Counted from the first letter of the stretch, positions 36,070 to 45,283 are shown. The stretch: DNA of 47,195 nt from an uncultured Gammaproteobacteria bacterium (GCA_964479455.1 CAYZMF010000002.1:1-47195), one strand, 5' to 3'. Numbers and translations: made by a program. The notes: generated from the sequence alone by a model not told the origin.

Positions 36070-37953
36070 ATGCAAAATAATAAAAAAGGATCACAATTTA
36101 CGCAGCGTCCCTTGCCTAGTCAAGAAGATGTTTCGCGTTTTGAAAAAAATGTTAATAAAGAAATTAGGGAAGTGGAGATAAGTGACAACTTAGAAGATAT
36201 TTATAAAGATAAAGAGGGGAAATTGATTGATGTCGCTAATGATAAATTTAGGAAGAAGCGGTCTTGGTTATTGATAATTTTTAAAAACCTCTTTATTATC
36301 GGTATAATTTTAAGTGCCCTTTATTTAGCCTATAGCTATCTTAGTAATTATTATTATGCCAGCACCGGTAGTCCTAATTTAGAAATAATAGTACCCGAGA
36401 AGGTTGTTTTAGGGGAAGAAGTGTCATATATAATTAAATATCATAACCCCTCAATGATTAGTCTCAATGACTTAAATTTAGATTTAACTTTGCCAAAAAG
36501 CTTTGTAATAAATGATTTTTCCTTAGAGCCAAGTTCACTTCATAGTTGGAGTTTAGGAGAACTTGGCCCAAAAACAGGTGGGGAAATTATTATAAAGGGC
36601 TACTTTGTAAATTTACAAGATTTTCCCAATACTGCTAGTGCTTCTTTATCATATGTACCCGCTAATTTTTCTAGTCAGTTTAGCAAACAAGTCAGTGCCA
36701 ATACCCTTGTTTCAGATTTAGGCTTTAATCTCAGTTTAGATTATCAAAGTACTAATATGCTTGGTCAAGAAAATGAGGTTAAATTAAAATTTAACAATAT
36801 TGATGATTTTCAGCTTGAAAATATTATTTTAGAAATAGAAAAACCTGATAATTTTATTTGGCAAGAGCAGAAAAATGACAATCTTGAGACATTAGGCGAT
36901 AATCGGTTTAAAATAAAGAATTTTGAAGAAGAAATTATTTTTAAATACCTTATTACTGAAAAAAAAGCTGATCACCAAGGACTAAGCTTTTCTTTATATA
37001 GCGATGACCTTTTGTTTTGGGAGCAGAGCTACCTAGTTGAAATTTTAAAAAGTGATTTAGAACTGGCTTTAAGCGTTAATGATAGTCGTCAACAATTAGC
37101 GGCTGGCTTTGGCGAGACTTTAAATTATAAGCTAGAATTCTCTAATCATGGCGAGGCAGATATTGTTGATTTAGTTTTAATGGTGGTTTTAGAAGGTGAG
37201 ATTCTTGATTTAAATAGTCTTGAGTCAAATTTAAATTACCAAATAATGGACAATGTTATCATTTTCACTAAAAAAGAAATTGAAAAACTAGCAAATTTTA
37301 AGGCCGGAGAGAATTCTGAGCTAAGCTTTTCAGTTAAAACAAAAAGTTTTAACTCTCAGTACATAGCTCAGGAGTTGAAGCTAGTTAATTTTGCTCAGTA
37401 TAGTTTAGCTGGTAGCAGTAGTCAATTAGAGGACAATAAGAGCAATGAAGTAGAGATAGTGATTAATTCAGATTTAAGCCTTAGTGAAGAATTAAGGTAT
37501 TTCGATGAAAATAATTTCACAGTCGGTTCTGGTCCTTTACCACCAAAGGTGGGTGAAGAAACTAGCTTACGCTTCTATTGGACTCTAAAAAATAATGTCC
37601 ATGACTTAGATGATGTTTCTGTCCTCCTAGACTTACCAGACTTTGTTCAATTTGGTGATTTTTCTCAAGCAACGGTTGGTGCTATCAATTATAATCCTGA
37701 CTTGCATCAAGTTGCCTGGATAATTGAAGAAATGCCAATTTCAATTTTTAGAGCCGACGCCTACTTCAATATTAAATTGATCCCGACAAGCGGGGATCTT
37801 AATAAAATTTTAGTTCTGTCGCCCGGCACTCAAGTTTCCGCTTATGATAAGGTGACAGCTGGTCAAATTAGTATTAAAAAAAATACTAAGACAACTGCTT
37901 TAGAGGATGATGAGATTGCCCTTCTCAATAATCATGGTCGGGTAATTGAATAA
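36070..37953 (+). CDS. Single-pass membrane protein with repeated Ig-like (CARDB/DUF11-like) modules
   Basis: 627 aa. TM WLLIIFKNLFIIGIILSALYLAY. Repeated modules, e.g. VVLGEEVSYIIKYHN..., AAGFGETLNYKLEFSNHGEADI..., PPKVGEETSLRFYWTLKNNVHDL... Confidence 0.7.
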   Translation: MQNNKKGSQFTQRPLPSQEDVSRFEKNVNKEIREVEISDNLEDIYKDKEGKLIDVANDKFRKKRSWLLIIFKNLFIIGIILSALYLAYSYLSNYYYASTGSPNLEIIVPEKVVLGEEVSYIIKYHNPSMISLNDLNLDLTLPKSFVINDFSLEPSSLHSWSLGELGPKTGGEIIIKGYFVNLQDFPNTASASLSYVPANFSSQFSKQVSANTLVSDLGFNLSLDYQSTNMLGQENEVKLKFNNIDDFQLENIILEIEKPDNFIWQEQKNDNLETLGDNRFKIKNFEEEIIFKYLITEKKADHQGLSFSLYSDDLLFWEQSYLVEILKSDLELALSVNDSRQQLAAGFGETLNYKLEFSNHGEADIVDLVLMVVLEGEILDLNSLESNLNYQIMDNVIIFTKKEIEKLANFKAGENSELSFSVKTKSFNSQYIAQELKLVNFAQYSLAGSSSQLEDNKSNEVEIVINSDLSLSEELRYFDENNFTVGSGPLPPKVGEETSLRFYWTLKNNVHDLDDVSVLLDLPDFVQFGDFSQATVGAINYNPDLHQVAWIIEEMPISIFRADAYFNIKLIPTSGDLNKILVLSPGTQVSAYDKVTAGQISIKKNTKTTALEDDEIALLNNHGRVIE

Positions 37954-39076
37954 TAATATTGTGTATAAATTAAAAACTAAAACAAAGTATCGCCAAGGAA
38001 AACTTCAAACTAAAAGCGGTAGTTTAAACACACCCATCTTTTTACCTGACGCCACTCGAGGTTTTTTAAAGTTAAGCGATAAGCAGACTTTAAGTAAATT
38101 AAAATATGATGCTTTAGTAATTAACACTTTTCATCTATATCTTCAACCAGGGCGGGATTTAATAAAAAAATTTAAAGGCATCCATTCTTTTATGTCCTGG
38201 CCAAAGATATTGCTATCTGATAGTGGTGGTTTTCAGGTTTTTTCACTTATTTACAAAAACAAGAAGATGGGGGAAATTAGTGATTGGGCGGTTAAATTTA
38301 AGTCACCTCTTAATGGTTCGTGGCATAGCTTTAGCCCCGAGAAATCGCTTGCTATCCAATTTGATTTAAATACTGACATTATGGTTTGCTTAGATGATTG
38401 CCCGCCCAATGATAGCGAATTTTTAGTTATGGAAAAATCAGTGGCACGGACAATTGCCTGGGCAAAAAGATCAAAGCAAGAATTTGAAAAACAAATTAAA
38501 AAACGGAAAATTAAGGAAGAAAAGCGCCCTCTTCTTTTAGCCGTTATTCAGGGGGGTTTAGACCTGGGTTTAAGGAAATTCTGCGCCGAGGAATTGATTA
38601 AAATAGGCTTTGATGCTTATGGCTTTGGAGCTAGGCCAGTTGACAAGGAGGGGAATTTTTTAGAGGAAGTCTTGAGGGAAACAGCTAAGCTTATCCCCCC
38701 CGACAAGCTCCGTTTTGCCTTAGGAGTAGGTCTGCCTGAAGATATTTATCGTGCCTACCAATTGGGTTGGGATGCCTTTGATTGCGTTATTCCTAGCCGT
38801 GAAGGAAGGCATGGGCGCCTTTTTTATTTCAATAAAAATTTTAAGGGCTTGGACAAAAGACTAGACTTTTACTACACTATAAACATCAAGAATGCAAAGT
38901 TTAAAAATGATAAAAGTTTAATCAATGAAAATAGTCAATTTAAAAGCTTAGCTGATCATAACTTAGCCTATTTACACCATCTTTTTAAAGCCAATGAACC
39001 ACTCGGTCAGTATCTAGCCAGTTTAAATAATTTAGAATTCTATCAAAATTTAATTAAATATCTTAAAAAATTATGA
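37946..39076 (+). CDS. tgt: tRNA-guanine transglycosylase family protein, divergent (Zn-site ligands absent)
   Basis: LSDSGGFQVFSL, LDDC, AVIQGG, GVGLPEDI, DAFDCVIPSREGRHG. The ORF-track start is a TTG at 37946. A GTG at 37961 (VYKLKTKTKYRQGKL) aligns better with the E. coli Tgt N-terminus. Confidence 0.8.
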   Translation: MNNNIVYKLKTKTKYRQGKLQTKSGSLNTPIFLPDATRGFLKLSDKQTLSKLKYDALVINTFHLYLQPGRDLIKKFKGIHSFMSWPKILLSDSGGFQVFSLIYKNKKMGEISDWAVKFKSPLNGSWHSFSPEKSLAIQFDLNTDIMVCLDDCPPNDSEFLVMEKSVARTIAWAKRSKQEFEKQIKKRKIKEEKRPLLLAVIQGGLDLGLRKFCAEELIKIGFDAYGFGARPVDKEGNFLEEVLRETAKLIPPDKLRFALGVGLPEDIYRAYQLGWDAFDCVIPSREGRHGRLFYFNKNFKGLDKRLDFYYTINIKNAKFKNDKSLINENSQFKSLADHNLAYLHHLFKANEPLGQYLASLNNLEFYQNLIKYLKKL

Positions 39077-40101
39077 ACACTAAAATAATTGCAACAATTG
39101 GCCCCAAGACTGAATCTAAAAGTCAAATTAAAGAATTAATTAAAGCTGGCGTTAGTTTTTTTAGACTTAATTTTTCTCATACCTCATATACTCAATATCG
39201 GAAAGTAAAGAAATATATAGATGAGTTAAATAAAGAGCTCAAAACAGAGGTTAAAATAATTCAAGACCTGCAAGGACCCCGAATTAGGGTTGGTAATTTA
39301 TTAAAAGATTCTTATCTAATTAAAAAAGATGATCAGCTTAAGTTTAAATATTTTAGAAATAATACGGAGAAAGAGAGTATTTTACCACTGGATAGTCCAT
39401 CTTTGTATCAATTTTTAAAGCCCAAAGATTTAATCTATTTAGCCAATGGAGAAATGGAGCTAGAGGTATTGAAAATAGAAAAAAAAATTATTTCCACCAA
39501 AGTATTAAAAGGAGGTCTTCTCACTTCTCAGAGAGGCCTTAATCTACCAAAGACTGACTTTAAACAATCTGGTTTAACGGCTAAAGATATTAAGGATGTA
39601 AGGTTTGCCCTAAAAATTGGAGTCGATTATATTGCCCTTTCTTTTGTCCAGAGAGCCAGCGATATTTTACGATTAAAAAAATTGATTGATAATAAAAAAG
39701 TAGCTATCATCGCTAAAATTGAAAGAGCGATTGCCCTAGATAATATTGACAGCATCATTAAGGTTTCTGACGCAATTATGGTGGCACGAGGAGATCTTGG
39801 CATTGAAGTGCCAATGGAAGAACTGCCAATTATTCAAAAGCATTTAGTCCGACATGCTCATTGGCATGATAAGCCAGCCATTATTGCTACTCAGGTGATG
39901 ACTTCGATGATAAATAATGCTCGTCCAACCCGAGCGGAAATAAGTGATATTGCCAATGCGGTTTTAGATGGGGCTGATATGATTATGTTATCTGATGAAA
40001 CAGCGATTGGTAATCATAGTGTTTTGGCTATTAATTATTTAAAAAAAACAATTATAAGAACCAAACAATATCTCTATAAAGATAATGTTATTAAACATTA
40101 A
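39073..40101 (+). CDS. pyk: Pyruvate kinase, A+B domains only (no C-terminal regulatory domain)
   Basis: 342 aa. KIIATIGP, FRLNFSH, LQGPRIRVG, AKIE, MVARGDLGIEVP, ATQVMTSM, MLSDETA. ATGA overlap with tgt. Confidence 0.88.
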   Translation: MNTKIIATIGPKTESKSQIKELIKAGVSFFRLNFSHTSYTQYRKVKKYIDELNKELKTEVKIIQDLQGPRIRVGNLLKDSYLIKKDDQLKFKYFRNNTEKESILPLDSPSLYQFLKPKDLIYLANGEMELEVLKIEKKIISTKVLKGGLLTSQRGLNLPKTDFKQSGLTAKDIKDVRFALKIGVDYIALSFVQRASDILRLKKLIDNKKVAIIAKIERAIALDNIDSIIKVSDAIMVARGDLGIEVPMEELPIIQKHLVRHAHWHDKPAIIATQVMTSMINNARPTRAEISDIANAVLDGADMIMLSDETAIGNHSVLAINYLKKTIIRTKQYLYKDNVIKH

Positions 40102-40105
40102 AGAT

Positions 40106-41395
40106 ATGAACAGAATTAAGAATATATTAGCCTGGGAAATACTAGACTCAAGAGCAATGCCCAGTTTAGCAGTTAAGGTGATTTTAGAAAATGGAGTCTC
40201 AGCTGTTTCAATGCTTCCCTCTGGAGCTTCAACTGGTAGTCAAGAGGCACTTGAATTAAGAGATGGTGATAAGAGTAGGTATTATGGTAAAGGGCAATTA
40301 AGGGCCGTTTTTAATGTTGAAAAAAAAATTAAGAGAGCTTTAGTCAACAAAAATGTGGAAAAACAGAAATTGATTGATGAAGTACTGATTAGTCTTGACG
40401 GCAGTGATAATAAGAAGAATTTAGGAGCTAACGCTATTTTAGGAGTTTCAATGGCAGTCGCTAAAGTCGCCGCTAAAAATCAAAATATCCCTTTATACCA
40501 ATATTTAAGTCAATTTAATCCTCAGTTTTCTGCTAAATATGTCTTGCCAGTGCCGATGATGAATCTGCTTAATGGCGGGCGTCACGCTAATTGGTCAAGC
40601 GATATTCAAGAGTATATGCTTTTACCTAAAGCTAAGAGTTTTAAGCAGGGCCTAAGAATGATTGTTGAGGTTTACCAAACACTTAAAAATATTCTAATTA
40701 AGGAGTCTAAATTCATTGGATTGGGCGATGAAGGTGGTTTCGCTCCTGGCTTTAATTCCAATAGTGAAGCCTTTGATTTATTAATAAAAGCCATTAAAAA
40801 AGCTAATTATAAGCCGAGGGAAGAGATTGTCTTGGCGATTGATGCGGCTGCTTCAGAGTTTTACAAAAACAAGAAATATCAGTTAAGGAAAGATAAGCTA
40901 AAGTTAAGCGGTCCTCAATTAATTGATTACTATTTAAAATTAATTAAAAAATACCCTCTAGTTTCAATTGAAGATCCTTTTGCTGAAAAAGATTTCAAGT
41001 CTTTTTCTCTTTTAACGGAAAAAATAGGTAAGCATTGTCAAATAATGGGAGATGACCTCTATGTCACTAATATTAATTTAATTAAGAAAGGCTTAGAGCT
41101 AAAGGCCAGTAATTCAGTCTTGATTAAATTAAATCAAATTGGCACAGTCAGTGAAACAATTGAAGCAATTAAGCTTTGCCAAAAAAACCAATGGAACTAT
41201 ATTATCTCCCACCGGAGTGGTGAAACTGAGGATAGTTTTATTGTTGATTTTGCCGTTGCTATGGGCGGAGGTCAGATAAAAACCGGTGCCCCAGCTAGAG
41301 GTGAGCGAACTGCTAAATATAATCGAATTTTAGAAATAGAAAAAGAGCTTGAGGGAAGGGCAAAATATCCCGCTTTCCCTTATCAGGGCTTTTAA
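40106..41395 (+). CDS. eno: Enolase (phosphopyruvate hydratase)
   Basis: ILDSRAMPSL, GASTGSQEALELRDGD, IEDPF, MGDDL, LIKLNQIGTVSE, SHRSGETED. I prefer the ATG at 40106. Confidence 0.93.
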   Translation: MNRIKNILAWEILDSRAMPSLAVKVILENGVSAVSMLPSGASTGSQEALELRDGDKSRYYGKGQLRAVFNVEKKIKRALVNKNVEKQKLIDEVLISLDGSDNKKNLGANAILGVSMAVAKVAAKNQNIPLYQYLSQFNPQFSAKYVLPVPMMNLLNGGRHANWSSDIQEYMLLPKAKSFKQGLRMIVEVYQTLKNILIKESKFIGLGDEGGFAPGFNSNSEAFDLLIKAIKKANYKPREEIVLAIDAAASEFYKNKKYQLRKDKLKLSGPQLIDYYLKLIKKYPLVSIEDPFAEKDFKSFSLLTEKIGKHCQIMGDDLYVTNINLIKKGLELKASNSVLIKLNQIGTVSETIEAIKLCQKNQWNYIISHRSGETEDSFIVDFAVAMGGGQIKTGAPARGERTAKYNRILEIEKELEGRAKYPAFPYQGF

Positions 41396-41411
41396 ATTTA
41401 ATCCATATAAT

Positions 41412-42401
41412 ATGAAGCTAAATGATGTTTTAAAAAGTCAGCCTAAGTTTAGATATCAGCAAGTAAATAAAGGCTTGTATCAGGAGTATATTAGTAATTG
41501 GAATGATTTAAGTGTTTTGCCCCTTCAGTTAAGAGAGGAGTTAAATCAAAGCTTTCCCTTAGAATTAAAGCATCAATTACTTAAAGAAGAAAAAAGCTTA
41601 AAAGCCTTAATATACTTAGCCGATGGTCAGGCAATTGAAACTGTTTTAATTAGAAATAATCATTTAAACACAGTTTGTCTCTCATCGCAGATTGCTTGTC
41701 CTTTAAAATGTCGCTTTTGTGCCAGCGGTCAAGCTCCTTTTGTTAGAAATCTACAAGCTGATGAGATGATTAATCAATTTTTATTTTGGGCTCGATATTT
41801 AAAAGCAGAGCAAGAAAAAATAGATAGAGTGGTCTTTATGGGCATGGGCGAACCTTTTTTAAACTACAATGAATTTAAAAAAACTCTAGACATTTTAAAT
41901 AATCCCGAAAAAATTAATTTAGGAGCGAGAAAAATTTCCGTCTCTACGGCTGGCATCTTAAGTGGTATTAAAAAGTTATCGACAGAAAAGGCTCAGATTA
42001 ATTTAGCCATATCACTGCACGCTAGTAATGATATTTTAAGAAAACAATTAATGCCCCTAGCTAGTGCTCAGGCCAATCTCTATCAACTATTTAAGGCGAG
42101 TGATGATTATATCAAAAAAACTAATCGCCAAGTAATGCTGGAGTATTTAATGATTAGAAATATTAATGATAGTCCAGAGGATGCTTATCAGTTGAGTAGA
42201 TTGATTAAAAACAAAAAATTGTATATGATAAATTTAATTCCCCTTAATAAAGTAAAAAATTATAAATGCTCTCAGCCAAGAGTCATTGATGAGTTTAGGG
42301 ACATTCTTGAAGAAGAGGGCTTAAAAGTTAGTGTCAGGGAAAGTTTAGGCCAAGACCTGCAGGCTGCCTGCGGGCAATTAAGATTAAATAATAATAACTA
42401 A
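41412..42401 (+). CDS. rlmN: 23S rRNA/tRNA (adenine-C2)-methyltransferase, radical SAM
   Basis: CPLKCRFCASG radical-SAM cluster, MGMGEPFLN, ISVSTAG, LAISLHA, a C-terminal conserved Cys in AACGQL. I prefer the ATG at 41412. Confidence 0.88.
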   Translation: MKLNDVLKSQPKFRYQQVNKGLYQEYISNWNDLSVLPLQLREELNQSFPLELKHQLLKEEKSLKALIYLADGQAIETVLIRNNHLNTVCLSSQIACPLKCRFCASGQAPFVRNLQADEMINQFLFWARYLKAEQEKIDRVVFMGMGEPFLNYNEFKKTLDILNNPEKINLGARKISVSTAGILSGIKKLSTEKAQINLAISLHASNDILRKQLMPLASAQANLYQLFKASDDYIKKTNRQVMLEYLMIRNINDSPEDAYQLSRLIKNKKLYMINLIPLNKVKNYKCSQPRVIDEFRDILEEEGLKVSVRESLGQDLQAACGQLRLNNNN

Positions 42402-42411
42402 AAATAATCAT

Positions 42412-42999
42412 ATGTTTATTTTAAAAGAATTGCCATTTGAAAAAAATATTTTTGAGCCAATTATATCTAAAAAAACAATTGAATTTCATTACGGCAAGCA
42501 TCATCAAGCTTATCTAGATAAATTAAACAAGTTAATTAGCAATACTGACTTAGAAAATTTAAGTTTAGAAGAAATTATTCTCAAAAGTTACCAGAATGAA
42601 AAGCTTAAAGCTGTTTATAATAACGCAGCTCAGGTCTATAACCACGATTTTTTCTGGCAGTCACTTAAAAGAGACACTCAGGTTGGTCCTAATTTTAGGA
42701 TAATTAATGAATTTGGCTCGCTAGAAAATTTTAAGCAACAATTTCTAGAATTTGCTTTAGGTCAATTTGGTAGTGGATGGGTTTGGCTGGTAAAAGATGA
42801 GAATAATAAACTCTCAATAATTAAAACAGCTAATGCCGATAATCCTTTAACATTAAAACTACAACCCATCTTTACAGTTGATGTTTGGGAACACGCCTAT
42901 TATCTAGATTATCAAAATAAGCGAGCTGTTTTTGTCCAAACTATTTTAGATAATTTAGTAAACTGGGACTTTGTTAATGATAATATTAATAAACAATAA
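42412..42999 (+). CDS. sodB: Superoxide dismutase (Fe/Mn family, Fe-type features)
   Basis: 195 aa. FHYGKHHQAYLDKLN, AAQVYNHDFFW, FGSGWVWL, DVWEHAYYLDYQNKR. Confidence 0.9.
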   Translation: MFILKELPFEKNIFEPIISKKTIEFHYGKHHQAYLDKLNKLISNTDLENLSLEEIILKSYQNEKLKAVYNNAAQVYNHDFFWQSLKRDTQVGPNFRIINEFGSLENFKQQFLEFALGQFGSGWVWLVKDENNKLSIIKTANADNPLTLKLQPIFTVDVWEHAYYLDYQNKRAVFVQTILDNLVNWDFVNDNINKQ

Positions 43000-43002
43000 G
43001 CT

Positions 43003-43677
43003 ATGAGTAGTTCTCCTTATCATAAAATTAAGCCGGAATCTAGATTACCATACACTACTATTTATTTAATTAGACACGCTAATCCCGATTACAGCTTAGA
43101 AAAAAAGCTGGGTGATAAGTTTATGCCCCTATCTAAATACGGTAAAAAGCAAGCCACTTGGCTGGCTAAAAGTTTGGCTAAAAAGGAAATTAACCTTATC
43201 TACTCTAGTGAGCTACAAAGAGCCAAGGAAACCGCCCAATATTTTTCTAAACTAAGTAAAAAGAGGATTAAAATTGACAGTCGTTTAAATGAGATCAATT
43301 GGATTAACTGGCATCGAACTAAGTATTTTAATACCTGTGAAGCTAAGCGCCCAACAAAGCTGAAAGGCTATAAGCTGCTGGATAAAAAACTTGACCTCTT
43401 TCAGGCTAGGGGACGACGCTTACTCTGGGATTTATTTAGAAAAAACAAAGGTAAAAGATTAGCTGTTTTTTGCCATGGCAATATCATTAAATCAATAATT
43501 ACCAGCATACTAAACGCTGATGTGATTGGCTTCCTATCAATTGAGATCTTTCAATCATCAATTACCAAGGTTTTAATAGACTCCGATGGCTATGTCAAGA
43601 TTAACCAAATCAACGACATTTCTCACCTTCCCAAAATCCCTGATGAAGATCTGTTTAAAACGCTTTTAGCTCAGTAG
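43003..43677 (+). CDS. Histidine phosphatase family protein (phosphoglycerate mutase-like)
   Basis: 224 aa. IYLIRHANP (RHG-type motif), SSELQRAKETA, FCHGNIIKS. Confidence 0.75.
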   Translation: MSSSPYHKIKPESRLPYTTIYLIRHANPDYSLEKKLGDKFMPLSKYGKKQATWLAKSLAKKEINLIYSSELQRAKETAQYFSKLSKKRIKIDSRLNEINWINWHRTKYFNTCEAKRPTKLKGYKLLDKKLDLFQARGRRLLWDLFRKNKGKRLAVFCHGNIIKSIITSILNADVIGFLSIEIFQSSITKVLIDSDGYVKINQINDISHLPKIPDEDLFKTLLAQ

Positions 43678-43680
43678 TTA

Positions 43681-43709
43681 TTGACATATTCAATCTTGTC
43701 CATTATTAT
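43681..43709 (+). promoter_or_regulatory. Sigma70-like promoter (TTGACA-17-TATTAT) for rpsB-tsf
   Basis: Consensus -35 ttgaca at 43681-43686, 17-nt spacer, tattat at 43704-43709, about 80 nt upstream of rpsB. Confidence 0.55.
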
Positions 43710-43788
43710 ATAAGTATTAATAAAAATCATGCTTATTAATTTTTCTGGTTTATTTAAAACCTTTATAAGCAGTCGTTAAAAGAAAAAT

Positions 43789-44478
43789 ATGACAAACAAA
43801 TTACCTCAATTAAATGAGATGATGGAGGTTGGAATGCACTTCGGTCATCGCACAAATCGTTGGCACCCTAAAATGGCGCCTTTTATTTTCACTAAAAAAA
43901 ATGGTATTTATATCATTGATTTAAGTAAAAGTTTAGAAAAGCTTGATGAAGCGCTTTCTTTTATGATTGCTCTTTTGAAGGAGAATAAAAATATTCTTTT
44001 TGTAGGAACTAAAGATCAAGTTAAGAATAAGCTTAAGGAAACGGCTGTTGCTCTTGGCCAGCCTTATGTTGTTGGTAAATGGCTAGGCGGATACTTGACT
44101 AATTTTTTAGTTGTTAAAAAGTCAGTCAAAAAATATCAGGATTTACTTGAAAAAAAGGAAGCTGGTAAATTAGATAAATATACTAAGAAAGAAAGACTAA
44201 AATTTGAAAGAGAGATTAATAAGCTATCTGAGCGAGTCGGTGGATTGACTAAATTAATTAAATTACCAGACGCTCTTTTTGTTTGGGATATTCGCGAAGA
44301 GTCAACAGCTGTAGCTGAGGCTAAAGTTAAGAATATACCAATAATTGCTATTTGTGATACTAATGTTAATCCTGAACTTGTTAATTATCCAATTCCTGCC
44401 AATGATGACTCAACTAAAACAATTAAATTAGTTTTAGATGTGCTTAAACAAAATTTAAAAAAAGCTAAAAAAAATTAA
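43789..44478 (+). CDS. rpsB: 30S ribosomal protein S2
   Basis: 229 aa. GMHFGHRTNRWHPKM, ILFVGTK, and DTN... in AICDTNVNP. Confidence 0.95.
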   Translation: MTNKLPQLNEMMEVGMHFGHRTNRWHPKMAPFIFTKKNGIYIIDLSKSLEKLDEALSFMIALLKENKNILFVGTKDQVKNKLKETAVALGQPYVVGKWLGGYLTNFLVVKKSVKKYQDLLEKKEAGKLDKYTKKERLKFEREINKLSERVGGLTKLIKLPDALFVWDIREESTAVAEAKVKNIPIIAICDTNVNPELVNYPIPANDDSTKTIKLVLDVLKQNLKKAKKN

Positions 44479-44488
44479 TGATAAATAT

Positions 44489-45283
44489 ATGGAAGAGATA
44501 AAAAAATTACGCGAGGCTAGTGGAGCGGGTATGCTTGAATGCAAAAAAGCCCTAGACGAAGCTAATGGAGACCTGGACTTGGCCATTGACTTACTTAGAA
44601 AAAAGGGGATTGCTAAAGCGGCTAAACGCCTTGACAGAGAGGCCAGTGAAGGAGTGATTGTCCTTACTCAAAGTGATGATAATAAATCTGCTTTTATATT
44701 AGAATTAAACTCAGAAACTGATTTTGTGGCTCGTAATCAACAATTTCAAGACTTTGCTAAACAAGCCATTGACACTGCAGTGCGTCTGGATATTAGTGAT
44801 TTAAAAACTCTTTTAGCCCACCAAGAAAATAATTTAAGCCTAGAGGATGAATTAAAGAATTTAAGTGGCACGATTGGTGAAAAATTAAGTCTTTCTAAAT
44901 TAGCAAAAGTAGCTGGGGAGACGACTGCTAGCTATTCTCACCTTAATGGAAGGATTGGCGTGATTGTCGCTTTAGATAAGGAGAATAAGTCTGAATTAGC
45001 TAATGACATTGCTATGCATATTGCTGCCACTAATCCCAAGTATTTAGCCCCTGATGAAGTTTCAAGTGAAGAGCTAGATAGAGAAAAACAGATATACAAA
45101 GAGCAATTATTAAAGGAAGGGAAGCCAGAAAATATTATAGAAAAGATAATAGAGGGAAAAGTGGCTAAATATTATACAGAAGTTTGTCTCCTTGAACAAG
45201 AATTTATTAAAGATGATAAGCTAAAGATAAAAGATATTCTTAAAGAAGTAAGAATTATTAAATTTGTTAGATTTAGTCTTTAG
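44489..45283 (+). CDS. tsf: Translation elongation factor Ts
   Basis: 264 aa. KKLREASGAGMLECKKAL (UBA-like N-terminus), ELNSETDFVARN, AMHIAATNPKYL. Confidence 0.93.
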   Translation: MEEIKKLREASGAGMLECKKALDEANGDLDLAIDLLRKKGIAKAAKRLDREASEGVIVLTQSDDNKSAFILELNSETDFVARNQQFQDFAKQAIDTAVRLDISDLKTLLAHQENNLSLEDELKNLSGTIGEKLSLSKLAKVAGETTASYSHLNGRIGVIVALDKENKSELANDIAMHIAATNPKYLAPDEVSSEELDREKQIYKEQLLKEGKPENIIEKIIEGKVAKYYTEVCLLEQEFIKDDKLKIKDILKEVRIIKFVRFSL

